A stretch of DNA of 64,000 nt from a virus. Taxonomy: Duplodnaviria > Caudoviricetes. A model generated the notes under the pieces. It searched no databases. It saw only the letters and a program-made list of their open reading frames with translations, and was not told the origin of the DNA. A program made the position numbers and the translations under genes. The stretch lies in the IMG/VR virus record IMGVR_UViG_3300028392_002123; one strand, given 5' to 3'. Every line of letters begins with the position of its first letter. Position 1 is the stretch's first letter. Positions 36,563 to 48,175 of the stretch are shown here, in pieces.

Positions 36563-36811
36563 TATCGAGCTTCTGGTTGTTGTAGGCGTACACGTTTTAC
36601 CTTACCTTGGTTAGTTTTAATTTCCGCAGAGCGGTCTTGCAACCAACTCTCTTTCTCAGCTTCAGCCTTAGCGGCTTGGAAGTCTTGAAAAGTTTTACGA
36701 AATTTACCACAAGTAACAGTCCAAGTAGTTCCTGACATTTTAATTACCTTTTAAAGTTGAAAATACAGCTAGATTATAACACAGATTTAAGTGAGCTGTC
36801 AACACTTAAAT

Positions 36812-37153
36812 TTACCGATTTCTTATCAAATCCATGAAGACTGCTTTACCGAGTTCTTCGGCAAAATCTTCTTGACTGGTAATAATGGTAAGGTTTCGAT
36901 TATGGCGATCATGTTTTTCATCGTAGAAACTGCTTTCTACTACATAGCCGCCGGTGGCAGTATGTACAGTAAAATTAACCTGTTGTCTATCACCGCCTAG
37001 AATTTGAGAATTCCTTGACATTGAGCTAGAAGCTAATACAGCATTTTTATGCATAGAATAGTCCGTTGATACATAATGATTTCCATCGTCTTCTTGATGG
37101 GTGGCAGAATTTGCCAACCACCTAGCAATGCGAATACGTAATTTTTCTTTCAT
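36812..37153 (-). CDS. Hypothetical phage protein
   Basis: ORF track. Confidence 0.55.
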   Translation of the reverse strand: MKEKLRIRIARWLANSATHQEDDGNHYVSTDYSMHKNAVLASSSMSRNSQILGGDRQQVNFTVHTATGGYVVESSFYDEKHDRHNRNLTIITSQEDFAEELGKAVFMDLIRNR

Positions 37154-37156
37154 GGT

Positions 37157-37603
37157 CTAATTATACTCTTTTATGTCAATTATGTCAAGATTTAATGTTT
37201 CCTCATATGCTCGATATATTTCATTTTTATCCATATCGTGCTGATGATATCCCTGTAACAATGTATTCAAATAATATTGATCTGGTGTTCTAAGTGGATA
37301 ATATTCTCGCATATAATAAATCATAGCAGTAATTACGGCGCCTTCATAGACAACATCTACCATTTTCTTTTCATAATAATAAGGAAAGCCTTCTAGGGAA
37401 TCTAAACTACGTTCGCACATTTCTGTAATTTCCCACAGCGCACATTCCATTGCTCCGTTTTCATAATACTCGGCATCGGCGTGTGTTTTAAATGTAAGTA
37501 TATGGTCATCTAACCAAACCTTACCCAAACTCACAGCATTAGGGCATCGTCGTGCCATACTACCTAAATTGGTATTCATTCCATAAGCAAGATAAAATTT
37601 CAT
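37157..37603 (-). CDS. Gamma-glutamylcyclotransferase (AIG2-like)
   Basis: YLAYGMN.N, LD.LEG.P..Y, P...Y...L.GY. Confidence 0.8.
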   Translation of the reverse strand: MKFYLAYGMNTNLGSMARRCPNAVSLGKVWLDDHILTFKTHADAEYYENGAMECALWEITEMCERSLDSLEGFPYYYEKKMVDVVYEGAVITAMIYYMREYYPLRTPDQYYLNTLLQGYHQHDMDKNEIYRAYEETLNLDIIDIKEYN

Positions 37604-37649
37604 TCTATTCCTAAATAATCAATGATACCCACGCAGGTGATGGCATACA

Positions 37650-37964
37650 TTATATTTTATATTCCTCGGCAAACTCTTTAGACATTACAATATTACGGTC
37701 TGGAAAACGTTTAACACAATGCTGTTTAAGTTCTTCTATGTTACGGCCCTGTGCTACAAACATATCGGTGTCAGCCTCGAAGAGGTAGATCATATCTCCA
37801 TGTTTTTCCGGCTTAACAAAAATAAAGTGCTTTACAACTTTTTCTATTTCTTTATTCAGTTCTTCGTGACGATACTCGAGAAACTTCATTACAAATGACA
37901 TCAAAATCCTGCCTATCAACCAACCGATAAAAGCATATAGTAAGAAATCTAAAAATTCTGTCAT
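37650..37964 (-). CDS. Hypothetical protein
   Basis: Start MTEFLD immediately after the clpP stop. Confidence 0.55.
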   Translation of the reverse strand: MTEFLDFLLYAFIGWLIGRILMSFVMKFLEYRHEELNKEIEKVVKHFIFVKPEKHGDMIYLFEADTDMFVAQGRNIEELKQHCVKRFPDRNIVMSKEFAEEYKI

Positions 37965-37965
37965 A

Positions 37966-38553
37966 TTACCTTTTTGCAATAACTTGGTCAGCCAAACCAT
38001 ATGCCACAGCTTGATCTGCATTCATAAAATAATCACGCTCCATGTCTGCTTTGAGCTCATCGAAGGTCTTGCCCACACTATTATGATTAACGTAAATTTG
38101 TGTGAGATTTTTTTTCATTTCAAGAATTTCTCGAACATGAATTTCCATGTCAGTGGCTTGACCGCCGGCGCCACCGCTGGGTTGATGAATCATGTGTCTT
38201 GCGTTGGGAAGGATAAATCGTTTTCCCGCCGCTCCTGCTTGGGCAAGTAAACTACCCATCGAGCAGGCCTGCCCCATAACATAGGTGGATACATCTGGTC
38301 GGATAAACTGCATTGTATCATATATGGCCATACCGGCTGTGACACTACCACCTGGGCTATTAATAAACATTGTAATATCTCTGCCAGCATCTTCACTCTC
38401 CAAGAAAAGAAGTTGACCAACAATCAAGTTAGCCATTTGATCATGCACTTCGCCTTCTAGTAGAATAACGCGGTCACGCATTAAACGACTATACAAATCC
38501 ATGGCACGTTCACCATTGCCGGTGCGTTCCAAAACCATTGGTACCAAACTCAT
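37966..38553 (-). CDS. clpP: ATP-dependent Clp protease proteolytic subunit
   Basis: LVPMVLE, D.YSRL, INSPGG, ACSMG (catalytic Ser), MIHQP, ERD. Confidence 0.97.
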   Translation of the reverse strand: MSLVPMVLERTGNGERAMDLYSRLMRDRVILLEGEVHDQMANLIVGQLLFLESEDAGRDITMFINSPGGSVTAGMAIYDTMQFIRPDVSTYVMGQACSMGSLLAQAGAAGKRFILPNARHMIHQPSGGAGGQATDMEIHVREILEMKKNLTQIYVNHNSVGKTFDELKADMERDYFMNADQAVAYGLADQVIAKR

Positions 38554-39258
38554 TTAATTTCCTTTAATTGTATCAAACAGACCATCACGCTGTTTTTTAT
38601 ATTCTTTATAATTCTTCATAAGGACATCTACTATCCACCATTTACCTAACCAGAAAAAGATAATAGTCCAACCAACAGCACAGGCAATTATATCATAAGG
38701 TTTGTTTAAAGCAAGACTAACGACATTTAGGATCATGGCAATAATAAAACTACGTTGCCATAGTTCCCAATTACGCCATACCCACGATATATAACCAAAT
38801 AAATTTTTCATAATATTATTTAATAGACTTTAAATCAAAAACAAAGTTATCCCTGCGATCTAATTCTACTGCAAGGCATTCTTTATAAATTTCATCATTG
38901 GTTCCACTGCTCAACAAACTTTTATAAAGTTCAAATTCTTCTTTTAACATACTTGTAGGTTTGGCCCGCATAGTATCTTGAATGTTTTTGATGTATACTT
39001 CGAAGCTCATTCTTCATCCTTTAATTGATTTTTAAAAAATTCAAGTTGGTCAATCAAGTCTTGGCAACCTTGTTTATTCATGGTAAGTGTACTGTAACCC
39101 ATCTTGAAAACCATGTGTGTGTTCTCAGCAGTGGGTCCAATACTATACATAGCTTCGGGTATGCTCTGTTTCGGTGACTCACTATAAGGAGAAGACACCT
39201 TCTCAGGAAATTGAACTACATTAGAGTAGTCGCGTTTTTTAAAAAAATCAAATATCAT
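38554..39258 (-). other. Three small hypothetical ORFs (38554-38811, 38816-39010, 39007-39258)
   Basis: Tightly packed ORF track entries. Confidence 0.5.
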
Positions 39259-39682
39259 TATTCAACTCCGAAATGTTTATAAATTCTGTCGCCAATACGA
39301 TATCCCAATTCTGACTGTTCATTTTTATCAAACAACTCAGCACATTCCCGCACAATCAACTCGGCGAACTTTTCCACATCAATCACATAAATGTTTGTGC
39401 GGTCATCATTTAATTCTTCCTCTGTGTTAGGGCCAGCCTGTTCAGCAAGTTCTCTAATCTTCTCGTTCATTCTTCAACTCCGAAAACTGAAATTTTCTTA
39501 ACCATATCACCTAACCGTAGTTCCACAGATAAACGACGCTCGTTTCCGTTAAACATTCCGTCGCTAACTACAGCCGTATTAGCAATTTCATTAAACAATA
39601 ACTCGGCGAAATATTCGATAGATTCTTCATCTTTGTTTAAGAATCCAGCCTGTTCAGCAAGTTCTCTAATTCGTTCGTTCAT
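39258..39682 (-). repeat. Tandem duplicated small ORFs (MNE.IRELAEQAG...FGVE)
   Basis: 26-nt identical segment at 39433-39458 and 39645-39670. Confidence 0.8.
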
Positions 39683-40629
39683 ACAACCTCTAACATATTA
39701 GCAGGAACTCGGAACAACACTGAACCCGTGTCAACTGTGATAAACTTGACAGCAATCTTACGAACTGTGCCTTTATAAGTTATACCATTGCGGTTGCTGG
39801 TAAACTTAACAGCCTGTCCCAACGAAATGCTTCGCTTAACTTGTTTCTGTAGTTGGGCGCGATTCCATTTGATAGCATCAATCATGCTATTAAGTTCTGT
39901 GTCAGACCAAGTGCCAAACATAATGGACTGGTTGATTTGTTGAATAGTTGAAAGTTTTTCCATGATTAAGCAACCTTCTTAAAATAACCATAGGGCAAGC
40001 CCTGGGTAAAACAAAAATACTCCGAGTCGCCATTGGCACCTTCAGCATCCATCAACCATGCAATCACTCGGTCACGGTTAGTGCTGGTGTGCATAAGATT
40101 AGCCACACGATCTTCAAACGCCACAACGGCACGAGCTTCGGACTCTAACTGCTCTTTATAGTTGGCTTCGATAGTCCGGCCCAACTGAACGAACTCACGT
40201 TCAAAGTCTGCTTCTGTCCAGCTGGTAGTATCAATACCGCGGGGACGAACACCGTAGGCATCCTTGTACATATCCCAGTAGGTGCAGGCATACTGTTCCA
40301 GAGTAGTCATCTCTTCCCAGCTTTTGAAGTCTTCGCTCATGTAGAACCTCTTTTTGTTTACAATACAAGTATTATAGCAAAGTTACCAATTTCTGTCAAT
40401 TAAATGATTTATATAAACCAACGACACATACTGCAATGGCTACAACATTGACTAACATCTGTGGTTTATTTGCAACACGATATGCCCACAATGCATAGCA
40501 CAATCCGCCTAGTAAACCACAGACTGGATCTAGTCCTAGTTCCCTAAAAAAGTTCATTAACACATACATCGTAAGGATGAAAAATGTGCCTACCCACTGT
40601 ATAATATCGTTTACTTTTTCTTTGTTCAT
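39679..40629 (-). other. Three small early ORFs (39679-39963, 39966-40340, 40396-40629)
   Basis: ORF track; consensus sigma70 promoters at 40371-40399 and 40636-40664. Confidence 0.55.
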
Positions 40630-40680
40630 GTACTTATTATACAGCCACAGTGAATTTCTGTCAATTATTGGGAATTTCTG

Positions 40681-42646
40681 TTAAATCCACTTGTGCCCGT
40701 GTTGTAATCGCCACATAAAAGCATCTTCGTCATTGAAAAATTCCACCATCCAGCCGCGTGGTTCCTCTTCAGTCCATGCAAAATTAAATTCAGTTAACGG
40801 CTCGAGACCCATGGCTATCAAGTCGCGTTCGATAATTTTAAAGTCCCAACGATTTAAAATAAATTTCGTCACGTACTATTTACTAGTACTATGTTATAGG
40901 TCGTGTTTTAGTCTAAAAATTAACGCATATTCTTGATTATAAAACATCAAGACAACTTTTGGTTCTTCGATCAAGTGTCCATTAATAGGATCATGTCTTG
41001 CCTGCATATAATAAAAATCAAAGTCCTTGCCTGTTTCCATTCCATCGTCTCGAATATTTTGTACTATTGGAAGAACCTCACGAGCATTGGTTTTTATTTC
41101 TATTTTAATCATTGAACATAAGATTGAATATCAATATTTCCTGCTCGTCCGATATTGAAACTGTGTACATTGGATCGCCACTGTTGAATCTGTGAGTATA
41201 TTCAGCACTAGGGCAATGTTGGTCCATCCACTGTTCAAATTCATGATCATCGTCGGGGTAAACCCAGCAAGTCCAACCTCGTGGTAAAATTATTTCTCCA
41301 AAAATATTACCTGGATTGATAGGAGTTATTCCATCGTGAAATTCTAAATGATGTACTTTAGTCATGACCATCTTAACGTAAACATCATGGCATCTTTTTC
41401 ATCACTAAAAAAATAATCAATTTTTGAATGGTCGTATGTATTATATCCATCCTGATGTAAATCATTAGAAATATAACTTGGACAATGTTCTTTAGCCCAA
41501 TCTAACGGAGCCCAAACTGGATCGTAGGGTAAGGTAACTGTCACTTGCCGAACCTTAATACTACCATCATATACAGTTCTTCACTGATGTCAAACATATT
41601 TCGATGCACCGTCCACTTGTCATCAATATGTTCATACCAAGAATTGTTTTCAACGCTGTTCTCTCGAATCCACACGGACACTTCCTTGCGACAAGTGATG
41701 GTGTGCCAAATCTTGCCATCTACTTCTGCACTACTGATAATTTTACATTTAGGTTGCTGTTGCTCTTGCATATCCTGCCATTGATGAAGATATTGACTAA
41801 TTGTACTTTTACCCGTTTGTCTGCCTGTAAGTTGAACCACACCACGGCGTTTAAATTTTGTTAAGTTATCAAATATCTGTTGTTGAAAAGGTTCTAATTT
41901 CATGACCATCTCAACGCAAATATCATAGCATCTTCTTGTTCACGAAAGTAAAAATGTGTACAGTTAGATTGATAAACAACATTCCACCGACCTTTGAATG
42001 TGCCTAGCTGTTCTCCCAACCATATTTCTATGTCAGTAATAGACGTAGTAAATTCTTTCTCACCGACCTTGATCTTATAAGGCCACAATTCTTTCTTTAA
42101 AACTCTCATGACCATTTCAGTGTAAACATAGCCGCTTCATCTAGACTTCGCAGATAAATTCTAAATTTATAATCGTCTATAATCCACGACCAATTTGGAT
42201 TTTTATCTTTTACTTCGGGATGAAGCTCGGGACTACGTTCTAATTTGGAACTATGATATCTATTTGCTTCTCTGCTAGGTCCCCATTGTTCCCAGCACCA
42301 CACACGAACTGCAAAGAAATATTCTTTAGCATCCTCTGTTAAATAATTGCTGGGTTTAAAATCAACAAAATACTGCCACTTGTCGTGACCAGTAAATCGT
42401 CGATCTAATTTACGAACTTTAATTTTCATATTTTAGTTTATACATAAAAATAAATTCTTCGGCACTTTTAATGTCAGGAAATAACCACATGTTATAAGAC
42501 TTCCTAGTTGCACCAGAATCGTTTACAATCTCAACAAGATCTTCTTGATCACGCCATGCAGACATGTCCAGCAACTCTTCAACTTCTAAAATACATCTGC
42601 CGTTATTTTTTGGTATTATCTTCATCGTAGGCCAACTTTGCCACAA
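40681..42646 (-). other. Array of eight small paralogous ORFs sharing a C-terminal F...DA..F.L(R/K)W-like motif
   Basis: 40681, 40894, 41105, 41362, 41541, 41900, 42106 and 42419 ORFs. Confidence 0.65.
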
Positions 42647-43082
42647 ACATAAAATGATCGTAGGCTTGTTTAACTGCTTCGTGCTTCATTAATTTATCTG
42701 CTTCTTCCTGCATGGCTTTGACACCTTCCTCGGCAATTTCTCTGGCACTGGGAAGTTCTATATAGTAGCGATCGTCGTCGAATGACTTGGACAAGGCCTT
42801 CCAAGCCTTTTGTTGTTTCTCGGTAATAGGTTTGCGATGCGGACGCATTTCACTGGCCTGGACTACTGCCTTGCTGATGACATCTTCGGCAACACGGCCC
42901 GCGGCAATCATAGCCGCATAATTAGGTTCGATGTTAAACCTGCGACTAGACCCGCCTGGATAGCACATAACCAAATGATTACCTTTGGGAAAACTATCTA
43001 GGTAGTCGTTGTCATACTCAGCCACAGGCACGTATCTGCGACCAACTTTTTCATAGTAAATTTTTTTTGTCATAGTAATCAA
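42603..43082 (-). CDS. Hypothetical phage protein
   Basis: ORF track. Confidence 0.6.
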   Translation of the reverse strand: MITMTKKIYYEKVGRRYVPVAEYDNDYLDSFPKGNHLVMCYPGGSSRRFNIEPNYAAMIAAGRVAEDVISKAVVQASEMRPHRKPITEKQQKAWKALSKSFDDDRYYIELPSAREIAEEGVKAMQEEADKLMKHEAVKQAYDHFMFVAKLAYDEDNTKK

Positions 43083-43088
43083 AATTTA

Positions 43089-43337
43089 TCAGTTAAGGAT
43101 ACGTTTATCTTCCGGTAAATCATGGTCATCGAATTCAACTAAAAAGGGCAATAGCTTGCCAAGCTCTTCGGGATCGAGACTGTCTAAATCTATAGGCGTC
43201 GACTGTTCTAGTGCTTCTCCACTTTCTAACAGCCTTGTAATTTCCTTGACAAATTCATCTAGTTCTTCTTGTGTACCTTCGAAGTTGTCAAAACAACCTG
43301 GGGCAAAAACAATTTCAGGTTTAGTTTTATCAGTCAT
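43089..43337 (-). CDS. Acidic hypothetical protein
   Basis: FAPGCFD.FEGTQEELD. Confidence 0.55.
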   Translation of the reverse strand: MTDKTKPEIVFAPGCFDNFEGTQEELDEFVKEITRLLESGEALEQSTPIDLDSLDPEELGKLLPFLVEFDDHDLPEDKRILN

Positions 43338-43828
43338 TAGATATCTCCTTCATAGTTTTTAGGCACAATTAAACCACTGTCCAATGTAACGCCGTTAATT
43401 GTATGGGCTTCATTTTCATCATAGGTCCAACCCAAGACTTTCATCATTTTGTGCTTGACCATTAAGTTGGGACTGCGAAACACTTCTGTGTCATCGAAAC
43501 CTAGCATAACTCCAATTTCGCAGACTGCACCACTACGACAAACACCTGCCACACAATGTACAACCACATTCATTCGTTTGTCCAGGGCATGTTGCAATAG
43601 TTGAACAAGCTTTTCTGCTTGCTCATCGGTTACTTTAAATTCTTCTCCGAATTTGTCGTCTTGTTCTAGGTCCAAAAATTCAAATTGATGAGTCTCTTTG
43701 AATTGGTGCATGGGCACAGGGAACTCCATAGCTGGATCAACAATTTGAATCAGCATACTGTTTTCACCGGCGTTATGGTGTCGACCCTTAGGAATGTCTC
43801 CTAGACTTACGTTTTCAATCCATGGCAT
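43337..43828 (-). CDS. Cys-based (tyrosine/dual-specificity) phosphatase-like protein
   Basis: VVHCVAGVCRS (HCxxGxxR). Confidence 0.8.
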   Translation of the reverse strand: MPWIENVSLGDIPKGRHHNAGENSMLIQIVDPAMEFPVPMHQFKETHQFEFLDLEQDDKFGEEFKVTDEQAEKLVQLLQHALDKRMNVVVHCVAGVCRSGAVCEIGVMLGFDDTEVFRSPNLMVKHKMMKVLGWTYDENEAHTINGVTLDSGLIVPKNYEGDI

Positions 43829-43841
43829 AATAAAATCCTAA

Positions 43842-43889
43842 AAAAATCTTGCTAGAGTTTATTATAGCAAGATTTTTATTTGTTGTCAA
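43842..43889 (-). promoter_or_regulatory. sigma70 promoter overlapped by a 13-bp terminator-like hairpin
   Basis: TTGACA-17-TATAAT (43861-43889); inverted repeat 43842-54/43865-77. Confidence 0.8.
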
Positions 43890-43893
43890 TTAA

Positions 43894-44661
43894 TTATTTG
43901 TCTGTTCTTATTAATTTAATAACTTGCCAACCCATGTCAAATTCCCACCACTTATGTCCAATTCTTGGGTTCCAAGGTTGGTAATGATGATTATTATGCC
44001 AACCTTCGCCTGCTACCAAAATACCTGTAATTGGATTGTTAACACTATGATCTTTAGCATCTGGATAATTTTTATATCCAATCGGACTATGATTTAGTGT
44101 ATTGGTTGTGCTACCGCCGTGCCAAACAAATATGCCAGGCACTAACCAAAAGTAAATTACAGCTCTAGGATCTATACAATAAAGTATGGCCGCATAAGTC
44201 AAACAAATTGGCCAATGATAGCTGTGAATAAAGGTATGAACCTTGTCTCGCGCCAAGTCTGTGATATATTTGAAATTAGGATTTCTACTTACACGAAATT
44301 GTACACGCCAATATCCAAAGAATCGTGGACTATGCGGATCTTTTTCAGTGTCAGTGTGTCTATGATGTTCTCTATGCAATGCTACCCATGACATGGCACT
44401 TACACAACTTCCATGCAGAGTAATCAATAAACTGCCTAAATATTCAAACCACTTTGGTGCCTTGAAGGTTCGATGTGACATTAATCTATGTAGTACAACT
44501 GTACCAGCAATAGTCACTGTAAAATAATAAACACAGAATGCAATAATCCATTCTCGCATTGTACCTGTAAAAATCAGGTATACTAACGCGATATGTGCTA
44601 CGATTCTATAAATGTCCGTGGACGTTTTAGTTGGACCAAAATACTCTTTAATGTTTGTCAT
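43894..44661 (-). CDS. Membrane fatty-acid desaturase (delta-9-like), second copy
   Basis: LHRLMSH, HREHHRH.D..DPHSP, GEGWHNNHH. Confidence 0.9.
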   Translation of the reverse strand: MTNIKEYFGPTKTSTDIYRIVAHIALVYLIFTGTMREWIIAFCVYYFTVTIAGTVVLHRLMSHRTFKAPKWFEYLGSLLITLHGSCVSAMSWVALHREHHRHTDTEKDPHSPRFFGYWRVQFRVSRNPNFKYITDLARDKVHTFIHSYHWPICLTYAAILYCIDPRAVIYFWLVPGIFVWHGGSTTNTLNHSPIGYKNYPDAKDHSVNNPITGILVAGEGWHNNHHYQPWNPRIGHKWWEFDMGWQVIKLIRTDK

Positions 44662-44669
44662 ACGAGTAT

Positions 44670-46073
44670 TTATGCCGTCTTTTCTTCAACGCCTTTTAAT
44701 TTTTTAAAAAACCTAGACTGCCGATATGCATCTTCTTGACGATTAATTTTCTTGATGTCTATTAGTTTTAGCATAGAATAGTAGTTCTCGGCCCATGTAT
44801 AGCCCTGAAGCCACACTTCTAAATCTTCTAAAGAACCAATAAAAAACTCAGCGTCTCTAGAGTAATGCGGTCTGTGATCATCCAATGGACGCAGAGCTAC
44901 ATGTTCTAGGCTTCCGTGTTTAGGATGCGCCAACATAAACCCTAGTCTATGCACACGCCTTTGCAAGCTTTCAAGTTGCTGAATTGTGTTCCAACCGGCC
45001 ATATTCATTTCCCCATTTCAATGCCACCATTGTAGCATCAGATTTAGATTTAAATTCAAATTTATAAATGTCACTGAATGGCGAATTGTAATTAAACTTT
45101 AATTCATACCAACAGTTGGATAAATTATGCTTGATCCATTCAGTGACATCAATAGCATTGCCTGCGCCTTTAATATAAACAGATATCATGCAATGGCCTT
45201 GGTCTGTTTATTATAATCACTGTAGAGTTTTCTACCATGCTCTCGAATTGAATCAACGATTATTTGTGGACTGTCTTCAAACATTGATCGAACAAAGTCA
45301 TAGTCCATGGTTTCATCTGTGTCAAAAATATAAATTTCATAACTACGCTGACTATTATATCGGGCTCGCATCATCATGGTGGTCAAGTTAAAAGGAGTCT
45401 TAGATGTTTCTCCTTTTAACTTTGACATAAAATTATCGCCTTCTAAATCTGTGATATCAAAAAGGCATTCAAGACCATTACAGTCCCACATAGCTAAAAA
45501 TTTATTCATGAGTTCACTGTTGCGTAAGGACTAAGTTCTTCTGTACTAATTTTAACAGCAATGCCGTTTGAACGAAACCATCCAACAACAATATCGATGG
45601 GAATATTAAGATCCATGGCAATTTCTTTTGGGCCCATGCCTTCTTCGCAGGCACGAAGTTCAATTTCCCAATCTAGTTCAGACATAACACTCATTCTTTT
45701 TCTCCTTCGTTAATAAAACTAACACCAATCAACATGAACACTAAACCATTCAATGCCCACACTACTCCATAAAACATTTCCATGTTAGAAATACTGGTTT
45801 CAATTGTGCCTACTCCGATCATTACAAATAGTAGGCCCATTACCAAGGAAAACATGCTCCACATAATCAATCCTTTTTGTTAATTTGAGTCTTAAACAAC
45901 AATCCGCAGAGAACTAAAATTCCCCAGGCCTGTAGCCAAGAAATCTCATTGATGCCATTAATAGCACCAACCAAACAGCCGTTCCATAACAACATAACTG
46001 GCAAACTGAACAGCAGGCCGACTGCAACAATAATGATTGTTGCCAAAATAAATGCGCCCAATAATACTTGCAT
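44670..46073 (-). other. Run of small hypothetical ORFs (44670, 44971, 45186, 45506, 45867)
   Basis: ORF track; 44971-45189 carries the DA..ALKW array motif. Confidence 0.5.
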
Positions 46074-46543
46074 TATACAAATTCCTTTTCAATTACTTCA
46101 GCCAAAGGCACTAATCCGTTGGCGATAAGACCAGGCACCGAATATACAGCACCCACATACCAAACACCTTCTTTCATAACATAATAAAACTCAGCAGTAG
46201 AATCTTCTACTTGACTGAGAAACTCATTGAATGAATGTGCTACTATGAATTCTTGACCTTCATCTTCACGGTCGCGTCCATAGAATGTACAGGAGTCTTT
46301 GTGATCCAACTGGAATTGGACACGATCCTCGTCGGAGATGTCCAGTTCACTGAAAGCATGTTTCTCCCCGATGTTTCGACGGAGGCTACTGATGTTCCCA
46401 AGGGCCACGAGCTGGTTTGCTTTCGATGAATCATAAAACTCCTGAAGAATTGCTCCATTGTGTGACAAGTAGCCATCCCAATGGCAGTAAACAGATTTAA
46501 TTTTATCGCCATGCATAACAGCGATACGACTACGTGTTGCCAT
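46073..46543 (-). CDS. Conserved-looking phage early protein
   Basis: MATRSRIA...SVYCHWDGY. Confidence 0.6.
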   Translation of the reverse strand: MATRSRIAVMHGDKIKSVYCHWDGYLSHNGAILQEFYDSSKANQLVALGNISSLRRNIGEKHAFSELDISDEDRVQFQLDHKDSCTFYGRDREDEGQEFIVAHSFNEFLSQVEDSTAEFYYVMKEGVWYVGAVYSVPGLIANGLVPLAEVIEKEFV

Positions 46544-46545
46544 TT

Positions 46546-46836
46546 TTAATCCCCTGAATCAATTTGATAACGATCACCACAGTGAATACAATTATATTCA
46601 GTCAAACAGCGACCAACAGTTTCGCTTCGATAAGCATGGGTGCAAGGCAGGCCTTCGCGATTAAGGTCAACTTCACCGCTGGCTCGACCAAACATATATT
46701 GGCCGCCGCAATTATTGCAACCAAAAGTATCTGTGTCTTTGTCATAGCCTGCGCGAACATGTTTATACTGGTTGTCACCGGCTGGCACACGGCCAGAGCC
46801 ATTACATACAGGGCAAGTGCCTTTGTTTTCTCTCAT
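46546..46836 (-). CDS. Small Zn-binding protein
   Basis: CPVCNGSG, CNNCGG, C.H, C.HC. Confidence 0.55.
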   Translation of the reverse strand: MRENKGTCPVCNGSGRVPAGDNQYKHVRAGYDKDTDTFGCNNCGGQYMFGRASGEVDLNREGLPCTHAYRSETVGRCLTEYNCIHCGDRYQIDSGD

Positions 46837-48129
46837 TTTTTAGCTCCGAGTGTAAATTTTTTCAATACTCGTTTAGCATCCTTGTAGCTGTTCATCATTT
46901 CTTCCATGGTCTCTAGAATGATTAAATGTTGCAAAGATTCTGCCAAACGCTGATCTTCACTGTCAAGATTTTCAAACCAAGAAACATATTCTTCGGCTGA
47001 TTCAATTGCCCACATAATGTCCAGCATTTCAACTTGATACTCGGACAAATTTTCTATTTTAATTTCTTTACTGTTCATATCAACTTCCTGTAGAAAGAAT
47101 AAGTGTACGTGAATCATATTTGGCAGGTGTAAACTGCTCGATATAGATGTGGTGGCTGTCTCCGCTGTCACGGATGCAAGCATTGGCCGCGACATACAAT
47201 GCCGCATAAGTTAATCCGTTGATACTACAACTCACAGGCTGGCCACCATAGGCTTTGTAAACAACACGATCAGCACCCTCAAAAGGATGACGGTCGCTGA
47301 GGTTGTTGACTTCGTAGATACTCCAAATAGCAGACAGGCCTAGGTTGAGCTTGACATTGTCATAATGAGTATATTTGTCGTCAAAGCTTTTGCTGTCTTG
47401 TTTATAAGCATCAGCAAGTCCTGTTTCAATTTCTCGAATTGCTGTGGCCAGCTTGTCGCTGATCGGCTCGCGCACTACACCTTGAATGGTTTCATAGACG
47501 CTACGGATTTCACAGACTGCATTGTGAATGGTCTTAAAATCTTCTGCGGTAATAGTAGGACTGCAATTCATTTTACATACTCCAAAAAGATTCAGAACTG
47601 GGTGAGCAGAAATAAGGAGTGTCATAACGCTCTTCAAACTCAGCACCACCTATTAAGTTAGTACGCTTGACCGTGGTCTCTATCACGTTAAAGATATAGC
47701 CGTCTTTCTTTTTGTAAGTAGGATAGAGCGCAGAGATCTCACGCTCCATTGACTTTTTGTCTTTGCGGTCATAGTCATACTTGCCAACCAGTCGCTGACC
47801 TTCTTTGGTACGACGGTCCATCTTGTAAATTTCTAGGGTGAACAACATTATACAGTCTCCTTCTTATCCATGTATTCAAACAAAACCCACTTGGCACGAT
47901 TGATTGCTTGGCGAGCATCTTCTGCTCGCATACTGTCGATGTCGCCGTACTCTGTGTTAATCATTTCTTGTGCATCGCTGAGTATGCTAGCGGCAATCAT
48001 TGTAGGACCAGAGAACTTAAAAGTAATGCTAGATTCGATGCTTTCACGCATACCTTCTACAGTAACGCCATACATACGAACTTCACGCTTTTCTTGCTCT
48101 GTCAAACGATTGTAAGTTTCTGTAGCCAT
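46833..48129 (-). other. Four small early ORFs (46833-47078, 47080-47571, 47573-47848, 47848-48129)
   Basis: ORF track with start adjustment; promoter TAGACA-17-TATAAT at 48160-48188. Confidence 0.55.
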
Positions 48130-48175
48130 TTCGCTGTCCTTTTTACTGTTGATATGAGTATTATACTGCTAAACT

